Shown here: piece by piece, positions 35,979 through 46,916 of the stretch
How the letters are laid out: each line of letters starts with the position of its first letter
How positions within the stretch are numbered: position 1 is the stretch's first letter
Origin: Microthyrium microscopicum
Taxonomy: Eukaryota
Length of the DNA: 64,000 nucleotides
Reading direction: 5' to 3'
Assembly (NCBI GenBank): GCA_010405405.1
Contig: MU004237.1
Location: 1,995,345 to 2,059,344, forward strand
Program-made: the position numbers and the translations under genes
Notes under the pieces: model-generated
Told to the model about the DNA's origin: nothing
Databases searched by the model: none
The model's input: only the letters and a program-made list of their open reading frames with translations

Positions 35979-38900
35979 TCAGCCCGTAGAATCGGTTTTC
36001 GCAGCGGTCGAGTCGACTTTGGAAGCGCCACCAGATTCTGCATTAGCTCGTTTGGCAATGTCCTTAATCTTGTCAAGTGAGAATGCTTTACTGACATCCG
36101 CTTCGTGACGCACATAGTTCCTTCAGATTTGTTAGAGGCTGCATGGATCACAATGCAAAATAACTTACCAGAGCGAGTCCTCGGTGGGCCGATTGGACCC
36201 ATCGCCAGAATGGCGTTCAATATGAGCATCCAAGGTACCCAGAATGCCCTTAGTAATTCCGAGCGACGTCTTTTTCTGCTCCATGGATGAGGATTTGTCC
36301 TGCACCGCAGCCCAGTTATTCTTCAAGGATGCTATCTTTTCGACCTGTGACTCAAATACTTTTCGAGAAGCCGATGAGCTTGAGCTGTGGTGTCGATCCT
36401 GATCGTGAGATTTATCGTGAGACTTAGGACGATGGCTCTTATACTGATCATCTCGCGACTCTCTTCTATTATGATCCCGAGGGCGGCCATGCTGGTCACG
36501 ATCTGGATAACTACGAGGGCGACTGTCAGGAGTACCATTACTTCCTTGTCCGTGTCGGCGCTGCGGGGTGGAGTTGTTATGACCGCGATCCTGGCGAAAT
36601 GATGTATTGTTTCGGTTGTCTCGATCGTAGCCGGAGTTGGTATAATCGTTATTTCGATTTGACTGGTAATGGTCATCATAATGGGAGTTGGACAGTCTAC
36701 GGCGACGATCTTCTGCGTGGCGACGGTCCACTTGATGATAATCGTTATGGCTATGTCGATTGTCGTCTCTATCATCGCGAGGGCGTGGAGAACGGGAGCG
36801 ATCTCGAGATCGATAATCTCGTCTATGAGTCTCTTGATAAGGGCGAGAGGACTTTTGGTGCTCAGGCGACCTATTGCTTCGATTACGCCCATCGTCTCGA
36901 AGAGAATATGCGGAGGCAGCCTGAGGACGTCTAGACTTCTTAGCTTGATCCTCGCGATTTCGTCCACGCTCGCGATCATCTGGCTTTCGAGTTTTGTTAT
37001 TCTCCGGCCGGTCGGCAGTAACACTATTTTGCCGACGCGTTTCTGGAGTGTTTTCAGAACTCAGCTTTCGTCGTTTGGGGGCCTGCTCGCCGTCATCTGG
37101 GGCTTTACGACGATGACCATTGGGCTGTTCGCTAGCGCGGGAATCCGGTCGTTCTATCGATGGGACAACTCCGCTCTGGCTATTAGTCCGCTGGCGATCC
37201 TTGAGATGACCGGGAATCGGTGTTCCATTGGTGCTGTGGTTGCCATTTTGCTTCTTGACCCGATCCTTGGCCGATTTCTTGTTGTTCCGATGATGATTCT
37301 CAAAGCGTTTCTTGGCGTCTTCTGCATCACTGTTTCGGATCTTGAGGCAAGTAATCAGGTAATTGGCACGACGAACCAGATGAACTTGTCGAGGCGATCG
37401 TTTAGCAGCGCCTGCTTTTGCTGCCTCTGTCGACTTGTCCTCGGTTTTGATGTTGGCAGTGCCTTGTCGCTCTTGTTTGTTCTTGATGTGATCTTCCTCA
37501 AGGAACAATTTATCGTGCAGACCCAATTCTGGATCACGCAACATTTCAGCCCAAGCACCAAAGCCGTATCGAGCGAGACCAACCGTTAGCATGCCATCTT
37601 CTCGCGAACCCCATGAGCAGCTATACTGTGCCGGCTTAGTTGCTTCAGGGATGCGGAATGCTTGAATATCAGAAGCTTGCTCAACAGTCTTTCGGAGCAT
37701 CCGCATGTCATCGGGTCGAGTCAGAAAGGTGTCGCAGTTGATCTTCTTCTTCGATCCCTCAGGATGTGTACAAAGAACCGCCTTGATATCCTTTTGGTTT
37801 TTCTTTGTCGGTGGATTCTTGATTTCTTCAGCTTCACGTTCTTCCATGGCACGTTTACACTTGTCAGCAAGCTCTTGATAAGCAGCCTTAAGGACGTCGA
37901 TATTACGACCAACCAGCTTGGCTTGTTTGACGATTCGAGCTTGTACATCCTCATCGAAGATTGAACCAGATTTGTCGCAAGCGTTAATGAAACGTTGCCA
38001 TTCCTTGTCATCCAGAGGGCGCTTTGGATCCTTGCTCCATTCTTCGTCAGTGTCAGTGAGCTCGGTAAGCTCGGAGTCAGAATCCTGAAGAGCAGCCAGA
38101 GCAGTGGCAGTGGCAGCATTGCGCTTTGCCTGGCGTTTTGCAGAGCGCTGGGGCTTCTCTGACTGCGCAGTAGCATCGCCTCGCTTTCTAGGCTTGGTGT
38201 CTTGTGCGGCCACCTTCGTCGCCTTTTCTGCCTGCTCCTTTTGAATCTCCTCTTCCACAGCTTTGATCTTCTCAGCCGGAATGATATCCTCCCAGCTGCC
38301 TTGGAAGGTGACACTAGTGATAAAGCTCTGTTGAAACTGATCACCGCCATCGAAGTTGCCAATGTCGGAGACATTGTTCTCGTAAAGATCTGCACCTGCC
38401 AGTACAGAATCAATGTCCATCTCTTCGAGCTTCTTTTGGTTGTCGCCTTTCTCAAACAATTTGACAGAGCGGTTCTTCAGAAGAGCACTGATCTCCTCAT
38501 TCGAAGTTGGGGCATTGGTGGCACGTTCATGCTTCTTAAGCAAAGAATCTTTCTCCTTGTCCACAGCTCCACTCTGAATAATAAGCATTTCGAGGAGTCG
38601 TTTGTTGTGCGCACGTTCGATAATGTCTTCGTCAACAGTGTCGGAGGAAACGAAGCGGAAGACAGTGACAGGCTTTGTTTGTCCAATGCGATGAGCACGG
38701 GCGAGTGCCTGTAGATCCGCTTGTGGATTCCAATCCGAATCGATGAGAATGACTGTATCAGCAGTCATGAGATTGAGGCCAAGCCCACCAGCACGCGTCG
38801 AGAGAAGGAAAACAAAATCCTCACTACCAGGAGCATTGAAATGCTCGATGGCCGCTTCACGATCTTGAGAGGCAACGGTTCCATCAAGTCGTTGATACTG

Positions 38901-41900
38901 GTGGCCTTTGAAGCGAAGATAATCGGCGATCAAATTGAGCATGCCGACGAGTTGGGTGAAGATGAGGACTCGATGGCCATCTTGCTTCAGCTTTGGTAAG
39001 AGTGCATTCAACAACATCATTTTGTTGCTGTGCTTGACCAATCCGTTGACATATTCAGCGTTTGTGGGGTTATCGCCAAGGATCTTGCGTTCGGCATCAG
39101 CAAGCAAAAATGGATGGTTGCTACACTTCTTCAATTCCATCATGACATTGAGCAATGATTGCTTCTGTCCAGCCCCTGGGGAGTTGAGGAAGCTGTAGTT
39201 TCGAGTGAGAATGGCTTGATAATATTGTAGCTGGGCTGCTGCCAAGTCAACGCGAAGGATCTTCTCGGTCTTCGATGGCAGATCTTTGGCAACGTCTTTC
39301 TTGAGGCGTCGTAGGAAATAGTTGCCGACCTTGGTTCGAAACTCTTGCACCTCAGCGGCTGCTCCTGCCCCTTCAATATCTTTTAGCTCTTCAACCTCTC
39401 CTGGATTGAGGAAGTTGAGTAATGCCATAAGCTCTTCAATACTGTTTTGCATAGGGGTGCCAGTAATGAGGAGCTTGTTGGGGATATTAAGATTGAAGAG
39501 GATTTCGTAAAGCTGTGCCTTGGGATTCTTGAGACGATGGGCCTCATCAACAGCCAGGTATTCCCATTTGATCTTGGGGAGGATATTGGCACCATCCTTC
39601 GATGCGTCCTGAAGAACAAATTCATATGTCGTGATCATGACGTTGAATTTTGTCTTCTTTGTATCCTGATCAAACAGCTCGAGCTCTTCAATTATCTTTC
39701 GAGATTTTCTATTTCCGATGTAGGTGACAACGTTAAGAGATGGAGCCCAGACTGCGAAGGTGTCTTGCCATGCTGTGAGGGTGGAGAGGGGAATGACACA
39801 GAGGAAAGGACGGCCTTGCTTTTGGCAGTTGACAAGCCAACTCATCATGGCGACGGTTTGTACCGTTTTCCCGAGACCCATTTCGTCGGCAAGGATAACA
39901 TTGGTTTGATTGGTCCACTTGTGGATCATCCAAGCGAGACCAAAGAGCTGAAATTGTCGCATAGTTCCATTCTCGACACAAGATGGCTGCATGTACTCCT
40001 GTTTGGGAGTTCCTGCGAGCTCGTTCTGAACGACGTCGAGCTTTCGCACGTGAGCATACCGATTGCGGTTTGATTTGCTCTCGTCGTTGTGAAAATGGTA
40101 CTTTCGCCCACGGTCATTATAGTCGTCGATTTGTTTTTGTGCGATACGACTAATATCTTCCTCAGATTCCCAGGTGCAAGAGTCGTAGCCAAGGCCTTTC
40201 CACTTGACGTAGTAGGATGTGATGTTGTAGTCGTCAATGGAACAGTCAATAACTCGCTCCACTTGTTGACACTTTGTCACATTGTCCTTGAGTTGTTCAA
40301 AATCGAGCATCTGGCGTTCCTTCTCCTCGGGTGTGCAATGCCCGTTTTCGATATTGATCCATGGCTCAACATATTTTCTATAATAGTTGACTACTTTGCG
40401 GTAGCCTTTCATCGGCTTAAGGTCTGTATGATCTTCCCAGGTTGCATGGAAGTGTGACTTGTCTTCCAACTTGATCTGGAACTTGAAGTGTTCAATGTCA
40501 AGATCAGGATAGTCCCAATCATAGTCCGGGAGCTTTTCGAAATTGAGAACAACTCCGATTTTCGGCGAGTCGTCCACGTATTCGTATTCTTCCACAGCAA
40601 GTAGATCGTCCTCATCAGTCTCATCATCCAGTGCGTAGTTTGTCGTGACTTTTTGTCGGGTTGAGAACCGCTGGTAGTGTGACGAAAGTTGAACACCATC
40701 ACTGATGGCTTCCTTTGCTAGCCGCTTCTGCTTCTTCGATTGTCTATTACGCTTGTTTGTGACGAACTCATCTCCATCAGATTCGGAATCGCTGGAAGGA
40801 GAAGGGCGTTTCGATGCTATGGCTAGTCAGTATGAAGCTTCGCTTTTAAGCAGGTGTCACTAACACTTGGCTGTAGAGGTTCGGATAACCCGCCGCTTCT
40901 TATTACGGGGGACTATGTCCGAGTCGGAATCATCGGAAGGAGAATCAACCTTCCATACGTTAGCTTTAAAATGAAAGGGCGATGAACGAATTTACCAGTG
41001 GCTGAGATCGTTGAGGCCGCCCCTAAAATAGTTAGCATTTTTGGTCATAGAGTGAAAATATATGTCAAGAACGTACACTACGACGCAGGCCGTATAGACC
41101 TGGGTTCTTGCGCATGTCATCTCGCTCATCATAATCTGATTTGCGCTTGCGCGATGTAGACGTTCCGGTTGAGCTTGCCGGAGTGGGCGCGTCGCTAACA
41201 GTGGACTGCCGAGTAGGCGCTACAGGCTCGTTGTAGTCATCATCGTCAGATCCCTCAGCATCGACATCCGAATTCGAGTCCTCAATCTCCAAGGCATCTT
41301 TGGCATCGTATACACTCTCTGCTTCAGAGGCAGAAGGATCGTCTTCGGTGACTGGGGTGGAAAGGCGGGATTGGCTGCGTTGAGAAGTGGGACGAGGGGA
41401 GGGGACTTGATCTGGGATAGAAGCCATATTGTTGGTCTCTGAGGAAGGTATTATAGGTTCAGGAGAACCATCTGGAGATGATAGGGACTCGGATGGGCCT
41501 GATGAATGTATGTCAGTTGCGACTAAGCAGAAAATATGAGGGAGATGCAGTTTTCAAAGTAGGTGGGTGAACTGAGCAGACTAAGGCGACCAAGAATCCA
41601 CGGGAAACCTAAGTATACAACTAGGAATGATAGTGTCGCATATGTTTTGATGCCCACGATGATCTTTCTGATGAAAGTCGATGGCGGAGGCCGATGAGCA
41701 ATTGTCGGCTTGTGTTGCACGAGAGCGACTGTCTTCGGCAGCGTTGTAGCGTATAGAATCTCCTGATGTGTTCGAACATGGTAGACAAGTGTTGTATAGC
41801 ACGACTTTGGCAGCAGGAAGGGTATATAAGATGGCATTTGATGACTTTGGATGTCCGGCTGGCGGCTGGCTCAGGGAAAATTGGAGCGGGCTGGAGAAGA

Positions 41901-41937
41901 GCATGGAAGGGAATACGGGAATTTACTTACGCGCCAT
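35979..41937 (-). CDS. CHD1: Chromodomain-helicase-DNA-binding remodeller CHD1/Hrp1/Hrp3
   Basis: Contains tandem chromodomains (SHFHATWE; YYVKWKGLGYDSCTWE), an SNF2 ATPase (LADEMGLGKT, DEAH, LLITGTP, FLLSTRAGGLGLNL, QALARAHRIGQ), a SANT/SLIDE-like region and a C-terminal helical domain finished by a last exon ending at 35979. The start is inferred from a 7-nt exon ATGGCGC (41937-41931) spliced in frame to 41498; an alternative ATG is at 41427. Confidence 0.93.
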
Positions 41938-42823
41938 GAATCCAGAATCCCTAACTGGAGAGAGAATAGAAAAATAAAGACAAAGGAGATTGGGGGTGGA
42001 TTGGTGGGAGATGTTGATGTGGGATGGGGATGGAAGTAGTGCGGAATTGGAGGAGACGAAGCAAAGGTTGCCAGAGACTTGCACTTTGCCTGGTCGCTGG
42101 CGTCGCCTTGGCATTGACTGGCAGTCAAAGTCGGAGGTTAGGGTAGCCGCCGCGCTTAGTGCTTATTGAGCCAATCATCACCTTGATTGCCGCGGGGTGA
42201 AGATATTTAATCTTTGGTAGGGCTACAAGGTGATATCAAGACCAGAAAACATTTTGCGGTTAAAACTTACAAGCGTGACCAAATCACCAGTCATACTCCA
42301 GTTGTCGCCAAATTCCTCACGCGGTTAGATATCACATAGATCTGTTGGCACAATAGGTACCCTGAGTAGCATGTTTGATTGACCTTTAACATGCTAAGCA
42401 AAAGCTACAAACATGCTATATTCAAATAGGAATGAGACAAATCGCCGGCTAAAATCTTATCCCAAATTTCATCTATGTCTTCTTATCAAGATGCCCGAAG
42501 ACCGTGGTCTTCATCCTGAAGATTGTGTCTCCAAGCAGGCTGCTAGTCGCAGTAGTGGTATCCTCCATTTGACGATATGGCCTTGCCCGAGACATTGCCC
42601 ACAGTGACTGAGTCTGATTAAGAGCGTGAGCCATATTTATCAGTCATGCGCAAGACGAGGTTATGTGCATGCACAGAATGTGCTTTGCGCACCTGAGGCG
42701 AGTGTTTTCATGGTCCTCGTCTGTAGCAGCATACAATGATGCGTTGGAAATCGCTGTTGTAACTCGGGAGTGGTCCAGCATCAAATGCGAATGTAGAATT
42801 GTAAACAAATTCCAAAACCATCT

Positions 42824-43432
42824 TCATGGTGGTCTTCCTCGTTGTGCCTCCGGACTCGACCCCAACAACTTCGTAAGCCCGCGCGGCGTCTTTGGCGGCG
42901 CAGGACTAATATTGTCAATCCCACTCCTCCACTGACTCCCAGTCGTCCTATAACTCTCCTCCCTCCTCAACTCCCTCCTCGTCTGTCTCCCTCGTCCACC
43001 CGCCAGCGCAGTCGCAGTCCAGGTCTGTACCCTTGCAATAGGTTTGCGACAAGGTTTCGCAGGGTCCAACAGCACTTCTGGAGGCGCTTGTTGTGATAGC
43101 CATGACTCCATGTAGTTCTTCTTTTCTGGGTGTAGGAGACGGAAGCTGGGTGAGGTTATGGGACGCGAGCGCATCACTAGTTGCGGCGAACTGGAACGCT
43201 TATCGGTAGTGTTGCTGGCAGAAAGGTCGGAGGGGCTGGCGGCTTTACCAACGGCGGGAAGTTGGTGCTGCTCGGGGTCTTTCTTGGTAGAGGGGAAGGA
43301 TATTGTGTTGCGCTTGCGTTCGGCGCGGGTTCGTTGTTTGCGGATGGTGCGTGTGCGGAGGTCGGATCGTGGTTGAGTGTTGCGACCGGCGGACCGGCTT
43401 CTGACTTGGACGGAGGCGCGGGTAACGGCCAT
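42824..43432 (-). CDS. Hypothetical basic, disordered protein (~202 aa)
   Basis: Open frame rich in R/S/P/T starting at ATG 43432. No recognisable domain. Confidence 0.4.
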   Translation of the reverse strand: MAVTRASVQVRSRSAGRNTQPRSDLRTRTIRKQRTRAERKRNTISFPSTKKDPEQHQLPAVGKAASPSDLSASNTTDKRSSSPQLVMRSRPITSPSFRLLHPEKKNYMESWLSQQAPPEVLLDPAKPCRKPIARVQTWTATALAGGRGRQTRRELRREESYRTTGSQWRSGIDNISPAPPKTPRGLTKLLGSSPEAQRGRPP

Positions 43433-43769
43433 AGTTATGTTAAGATAATCATATATGTTCAGGTTCAAGAGTTCGGTACAATATGCGAACGGCTTGCGCC
43501 ATAGCTTGAAAGGTTGTTAGATGGGAGGCTACGATGTCATTGTGACTCGAGGCTCTTGGACATTAAGGCTGCAGAAACTGGTGATCGGGTGACTAATCAG
43601 AGGGCCTCAAGGGTTCGTATATCCTGTGGCGAAGTAGATTAACTGCAAGGTCCCTGTACCAACCTTGGAAGTCTATCTACTCTGTGTGTCTGTTTATCCA
43701 ATACTATTCAAGTCTTCGAGGTCATGTTTTGGTTCGGTCAATACTGGTATGAGACATGTGTAGTCTTGT

Positions 43770-44563
43770 GGCTGCCATTTTTATCTTATCTCCATAAATC
43801 TGTGATCATCCAACTACATCCCATCAAGTCTATTTTTGTTGAGACCAACTTTCGATCGAAAACAGGAGATACTTCTAAGGGCTCCCATTGAGTAAGCTAA
43901 TGCAACTTTAGTTCTCTCAGCATTGGCGAATTTGATGCAGAAGCAAGAGCCGGGCAGCGTGATAATGGACTTATGAGAACACCATGACATGGAGGAGAGA
44001 GAAGACGACATTGCTTTTAAGACCTTCATAGGCTCATATTGACATGCAAACTTCGAATAGATCTGGATCTTGAATATCCTCGACGATCATGAAAAGGGCA
44101 AACGCGAGGTAGAGTAGATTAATGCGTCGGATGCGCTAAGATGAGCGATGAAGGTGCACCAACGGAGCCAAACGCCCATCATTTGTCGATTCGCGTCAAG
44201 AAGCTCATGATTGCCCATTTGCTTCAAGAGGAAGATGAACTTTTGTACCTCCTGGATAAACATCATTACAACCTGCCTGCTGATATGAAATATCCACCGC
44301 ATGTTGACGGTCCGGGAGAAGAGGATCGGAAATCTGACAATGACGATAACGAAAACTCTGGCAGTTCTCGCCGCCGTGGTATTTCAACACCTCGCAATAG
44401 GCAGAAGTCTTGCGCTACCTCCTCGCCTCCTCATGACACTGTTGAAAAGTTTGGCAGCGTTTCGCGGCAAGTTTTATACGGTCTGGTGACCGCGCTTCAC
44501 GCGCAGAGACAGAGGTCGCGCAGCTTCGAAGTCGACGGGCGAATACACTTCGCTATATTGTGA
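43770..44563 (+). pseudogene. Degenerate paralogue of the 45288-46217 gene
   Basis: The 44141 ORF segment HHLSIRVKKLMIAHLLQEEDE matches HRHMSIRLKKLVVARLNDEEH of the neighbour. Upstream fragments GCTGCCATTTTTAT (43771) and ACATGCAAACTT (44042) match GCTGCCATTTCTAT and ACTTGCAAATTT, but are separated by stops. Confidence 0.5.
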
Positions 44564-45287
44564 AGTCTGGCACATCTATCCCAGACTGGATGGTAAATGA
44601 TGAAGCTTGAATAAGACTGTGGTAAATGAGACGAGCTGTCAAGAAAACCTGACTCAATATTTATCTGTCGTTTCTCTAGCACACTGTTCACGCGGCTGAG
44701 AGTATCGTTTTCCAGAATCTGAACTTGCTTCTTGGTTAATGAAGGTCACGTAACTAGTCTGCTGAGGGACTGGCCAATGGTTGTATTTAGCAACATGTAG
44801 ATACAGTAATGGATTCTACCGGCTGTTAGGCCACGCTTAAATGAACATTGATGCTCAGATACAATGCATACGATTTGTGAGATTGTACGAGACCGCGATC
44901 AGACTCACCGAGCTAACACGTCCTCTACTTGCACGCAGTGTCGCTTCAGAACACACCACTTCGACAGCATGCTAGCAGCGAATGGCCATGTGGGAACCGG
45001 CGAGAAACGTGTCAAGATATTCTTAACCTTAGACTAACATCCTAGGCCCATTACTCTATCATTTCTTCCTCGAACATGACACTTCAACCACTAACAAGAA
45101 AGATGCCAACAAGTTACAGTGTTGGAGGCCGCCAAAAGCTAGAGTCAAATCTTCAATCATGTCGCATAAAAGAAGCTGAGTTCCATTTCTGGATTTGCAA
45201 TCCCCACTCACTCTATAAGGCTTCAACAGACTCCTTGTTCGTTAAAATTGGTCAATTTGACGTACTCAAGCAGCAGTACAGCTCCAA

Positions 45288-46217
45288 ATGGAAGATCTCC
45301 CTCAACCTCAACATGATCGCAACTCGCGATCTAGTCGCCGCTCTCGGTCGCCTGACACTCAATCCAACGCAGTAAGCTATCGCTCTCGATCAAATGAACC
45401 ATCTCTCAGCAGTCACGATGGTGCCCGAGACTTAAACGCCCCTTCCCACCGTTCTAACATCTCTCCGCCATCATCCTCGTCGGCAAATTCGCTGATGAAT
45501 CTGGACGTCTACTACGAAAGGCTGAATAGATCAATGGACAATTACGATTACGCAGTGATATACAATCTAAACGAGGCAGCCTTACTCAAGTCCACTTGTC
45601 CCGCGGACCTGTCAGGATATCCCTATAGCTGCCATTTCTATAGTCGTAAATGCGACTACGTCTTCCACCTTTGTCCCGAATTCGTCGGGGGACTCTGCGA
45701 AAACACAAGTTTGTGGCACTGGCAATCATACAACGATAACGAGCGTCCAGAATACTATCGAGCACTGCACATGCATGAAACTTGCAAATTTATCCGGCCT
45801 ATAGCAGAGAACATGCTTGTGCATAAGCTGGACTCGATTGCAGATAGCAGCTTTACATGCAATCAATATCATTATAATGACGTGGAACGCTTGAACTCAC
45901 ATCGCCATATGTCTATTCGCTTGAAGAAGCTTGTTGTAGCAAGGCTGAACGATGAGGAGCACAGCGAAAAAGCATTATTTTTCCGCCATAATCAACACTT
46001 GCATGAAGATAGGAGAGATGTCCCGTCAAGAAATCCTTTCTCAAATGATTCTTCATCAAATGATCCTTCAACGAATGATCCTTCATCAAATGGTTCTACT
46101 TTAGATGGACCTTCTTCAGCATCTGATAAATCGTCTGATGAGTCGAATGCCACTGAAGTGCCTGCTTTCGAAACAAGGCGTGCTGGTGCAGAAGGCTCTG
46201 ATATGGTCGATACCTAG
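45288..46217 (+). CDS. Cys/His-rich (CCCH-like) protein, 309 aa, with Ser/Arg-rich N-terminus and Ser/Asp-rich tail
   Basis: Intronless ORF. The TCPADL...SC...KC...FHLCPEFVGGLC...H...TC...C...H pattern resembles the 28356 gene. A 15-bp tandem repeat at ~46041-46097 encodes S/TNDPS-like units. Confidence 0.65.
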   Translation: MEDLPQPQHDRNSRSSRRSRSPDTQSNAVSYRSRSNEPSLSSHDGARDLNAPSHRSNISPPSSSSANSLMNLDVYYERLNRSMDNYDYAVIYNLNEAALLKSTCPADLSGYPYSCHFYSRKCDYVFHLCPEFVGGLCENTSLWHWQSYNDNERPEYYRALHMHETCKFIRPIAENMLVHKLDSIADSSFTCNQYHYNDVERLNSHRHMSIRLKKLVVARLNDEEHSEKALFFRHNQHLHEDRRDVPSRNPFSNDSSSNDPSTNDPSSNGSTLDGPSSASDKSSDESNATEVPAFETRRAGAEGSDMVDT

Positions 46218-46916
46218 GTAGTCAACCAGAGGAAGGAGGGTCGGGTTCTGGTGAGTCAGAAAACACGACGATGTCATTTCACTAAAAACTCTCTTTGGTC
46301 TCTTTGGCACGATTTTTGTTACTGTCTATATCGGCAACTGCGACTGGTAGCGACTGGAATACGATTGTGCGGATTCTATCATTCTGGATATCAAGACATG
46401 CAAGTGGACGAAGGCTTTCCATTATCTTGAAATAGGCGTGCGATTAGTACTTCATTCCTTTCGTTATATCCTAAGAGATGAGTCTCTCAAAAAAGATTGG
46501 GAGGAAAACTAGGCCAATGCCCAATGGCTAATGTCACCCAAAGGTCAATGCAGTTGTCAGTAACTTAGTAGTATTGTTAAGGTAGCGGGCCGAAGTTCTT
46601 CGTACTAGAAACATGTATTAAGTCATACGGATTAATCGCTCGCAAATATCAATGTACAAGCTAGCCGAAAGATGTATCTTTCCAACACATGTACAAGTGT
46701 AAGAAAGACATTGCGACTAGCAGACTCTCTGTTCGTTGAAGCACCTTCAATCGCCTTATCATGTCATATAGAGGAGATGTCTCCTCCGCTACCTTCGCCA
46801 GTCTCAGCCTGAGTGCGGCTTAGGATTACCGAAAACCAGCGGCATTTCATTGTCAAAAACCCCATCTCCAGCATAACCACCAGCCCTGCGGGTTATTAGC
46901 GAATATACAAAACAAA

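Noticed and set aside
36669..37589. 306-aa hydrophobic plus-strand ORF
   Set aside because: Antisense shadow of the charged low-complexity CHD1 tail.
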